Shown in pieces: positions 62,641 through 64,000 of a stretch of DNA of 64,000 bases (position 1 is the first letter of the stretch; the number at the start of each line of letters is the position of its first letter). The DNA is from Deltaproteobacteria bacterium (GTDB lineage: Bacteria > Myxococcota_A > Polyangia > Fen-1088). A program made the position numbers and the translations under genes. Location of the stretch: contig JANRKS010000034.1 of assembly GCA_033763315.1 (NCBI GenBank), positions 64,001-128,000 on the forward strand, written 5' to 3'. The notes under the pieces are model-generated. The model was not told the origin of the DNA, ran no database searches, and saw only the letters and a program-made list of their open reading frames with translations.

Positions 62641-64000
62641 ATGAACAAGATCTCGGTCGCCCATTTGCTGGCGGGAGCTTTGCCTCCCGGATCCCACGTG
62701 ACAGTCGAAGGCTGGGTACGCACCCGGCGCGATTCCAAAGCGGGGCTTTCGTTCATTGGCCTCACGGATGGCTCGGGCTTTCACCCACTACAGGTGGTTG
62801 CCTCAGCGGATCTGGCCAACTACCAGTCCGAAGTTCTCAAAGCAGGCGCAGGTTGCGCTTTGCGGGTCACCGGAATTCTGGTGCCATCGCAAGGACAGGG
62901 GCAAGCCGTCGAGCTGAAAGCCGAGGAGGTGCAAGTGGTGGGGTGGGTGGATGATCCCGAGACCTATCCGATCACACCGAAAAAGCACAGCGTGGAGTTT
63001 CTGCGCGAGGTGGCGCATCTGCGCGCGCGCACCAACCTCATTGGCGCCGTCACGCGCGTGCGCCACACGTTGGCGCAGGCGATTCACCAGTTCTTTGATC
63101 AACAGGGCTTCTTTTGGATCCACACGCCGATCATCACGGCCAGCGATTGCGAAGGCGCGGGTGCCATGTTTCGCGTGTCCACACTTGATGCCGTGAATCC
63201 GCCGCGCACGCCTTCAGGCGGCGTTGATTTCTCCCAAGACTTCTTCGGCAAGCCAGCGTTCTTGACCGTTTCAGGCCAACTTAACGTTGAAACGTATTGC
63301 ATGGCGATGAGCCGCGTCTATACGTTTGGCCCCACGTTTCGCGCGGAAAATTCGCACACGCGACGGCACTTGTCGGAGTTTTGGATGGTCGAGCCTGAGA
63401 TCGCGTTTGCCGATCTCAACGATGACGTCAGCCTGGCCGAAGCTTTCTTGAAATTCATCTTCACGCGCCTGCTGGATCAACGCGGCGATGATATGGCGTT
63501 CTTCGCCGATCGGGTCGACAAAGACTGCATCACGCGCGTCGAGAAACTGGTGAACGATAAGTTCGAACGCATGGACTACAGCGAGGCCATCGGACACCTG
63601 GAAAAATCGAACAAAAAATTCGAGTACCCCGTCAAGTGGGGCATCGATATGCAATCAGAACACGAGCGCTACCTTACCGAAGAAGTTGTGGGGCGCCCGG
63701 TGGCGGTGATGAACTTTCCGAAAGACATCAAAGCCTTCTACATGCGCGTGAACGAAGACCAACGCACGGTGGCTGCGATGGACGTGTTGGCGCCGGGCAT
63801 TGGCGAGATCATCGGCGGCAGCCAACGCGAAGAGCGTCTCGATGTGCTCGACGCCCGCTTAGACGAGATGAAACTACCCAAGGCTGAATACTGGTGGTAC
63901 CGCGATCTGCGTCGGTACGGCACGGTGCCGCACGCAGGCTTCGGCTTAGGCTTTGAACGCGCGATTCAATACGCCACGGGCGTGGACAACATCCGCGACG
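62641..64000 (+). CDS. asnS: Asparagine--tRNA ligase (3' end runs off window; missing from the ORF track)
   Basis: Manual translation: [60 protein letters not shown]. Confidence 0.97.
   Translation, partial: MNKISVAHLLAGALPPGSHVTVEGWVRTRRDSKAGLSFIGLTDGSGFHPLQVVASADLANYQSEVLKAGAGCALRVTGILVPSQGQGQAVELKAEEVQVVGWVDDPETYPITPKKHSVEFLREVAHLRARTNLIGAVTRVRHTLAQAIHQFFDQQGFFWIHTPIITASDCEGAGAMFRVSTLDAVNPPRTPSGGVDFSQDFFGKPAFLTVSGQLNVETYCMAMSRVYTFGPTFRAENSHTRRHLSEFWMVEPEIAFADLNDDVSLAEAFLKFIFTRLLDQRGDDMAFFADRVDKDCITRVEKLVNDKFERMDYSEAIGHLEKSNKKFEYPVKWGIDMQSEHERYLTEEVVGRPVAVMNFPKDIKAFYMRVNEDQRTVAAMDVLAPGIGEIIGGSQREERLDVLDARLDEMKLPKAEYWWYRDLRRYGTVPHAGFGLGFERAIQYATGVDNIRD

Overview
A GC-rich, gene-dense 64 kb chromosomal segment of a myxobacterium (Myxococcota). 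The assignment is inferred from a MYXO-CTERM sorting signal, PEGA/TPR Ser/Thr kinases, an FHA-hybrid kinase, a Cys-rich repeat lipoprotein, Uma2 paralogs and an ftsB-dmxA-like pair. Housekeeping genes: xseA (partial), csp, iscS-iscU-iscA-hscB-hscA-fdx, an RsuA-family synthase, trmL, icd, ricT-holB, pspA, thrB, an RND pump, mqnD, tdh-kbl, a Cys/Met PLP lyase and asnS (partial). No rRNA, tRNA, CRISPR array or intact transposase/integrase was seen. Best leads: (1) the isc operon is headed by a MerR-family regulator with a Cys/His-rich tail instead of IscR, with a perfect 10-bp-arm palindrome at its promoter; (2) a nucleotidyltransferase/2-aminoethylphosphonate-transaminase fusion with degenerate NTP-binding motifs; (3) a CHAP amidase plus overlapping lipoprotein (toxin-immunity-like) in a small island bracketed by two Uma2 genes; (4) an orphan FliA-like sigma/sctJ pair; (5) a pseudokinase with EPQW repeats converging on a double-kinase protein; (6) a three-hairpin intergenic RNA candidate; (7) repeated -10 boxes only 6-10 nt upstream of start codons. 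All calls come from reading motifs by eye; no database search was run, and several start codons are best guesses.
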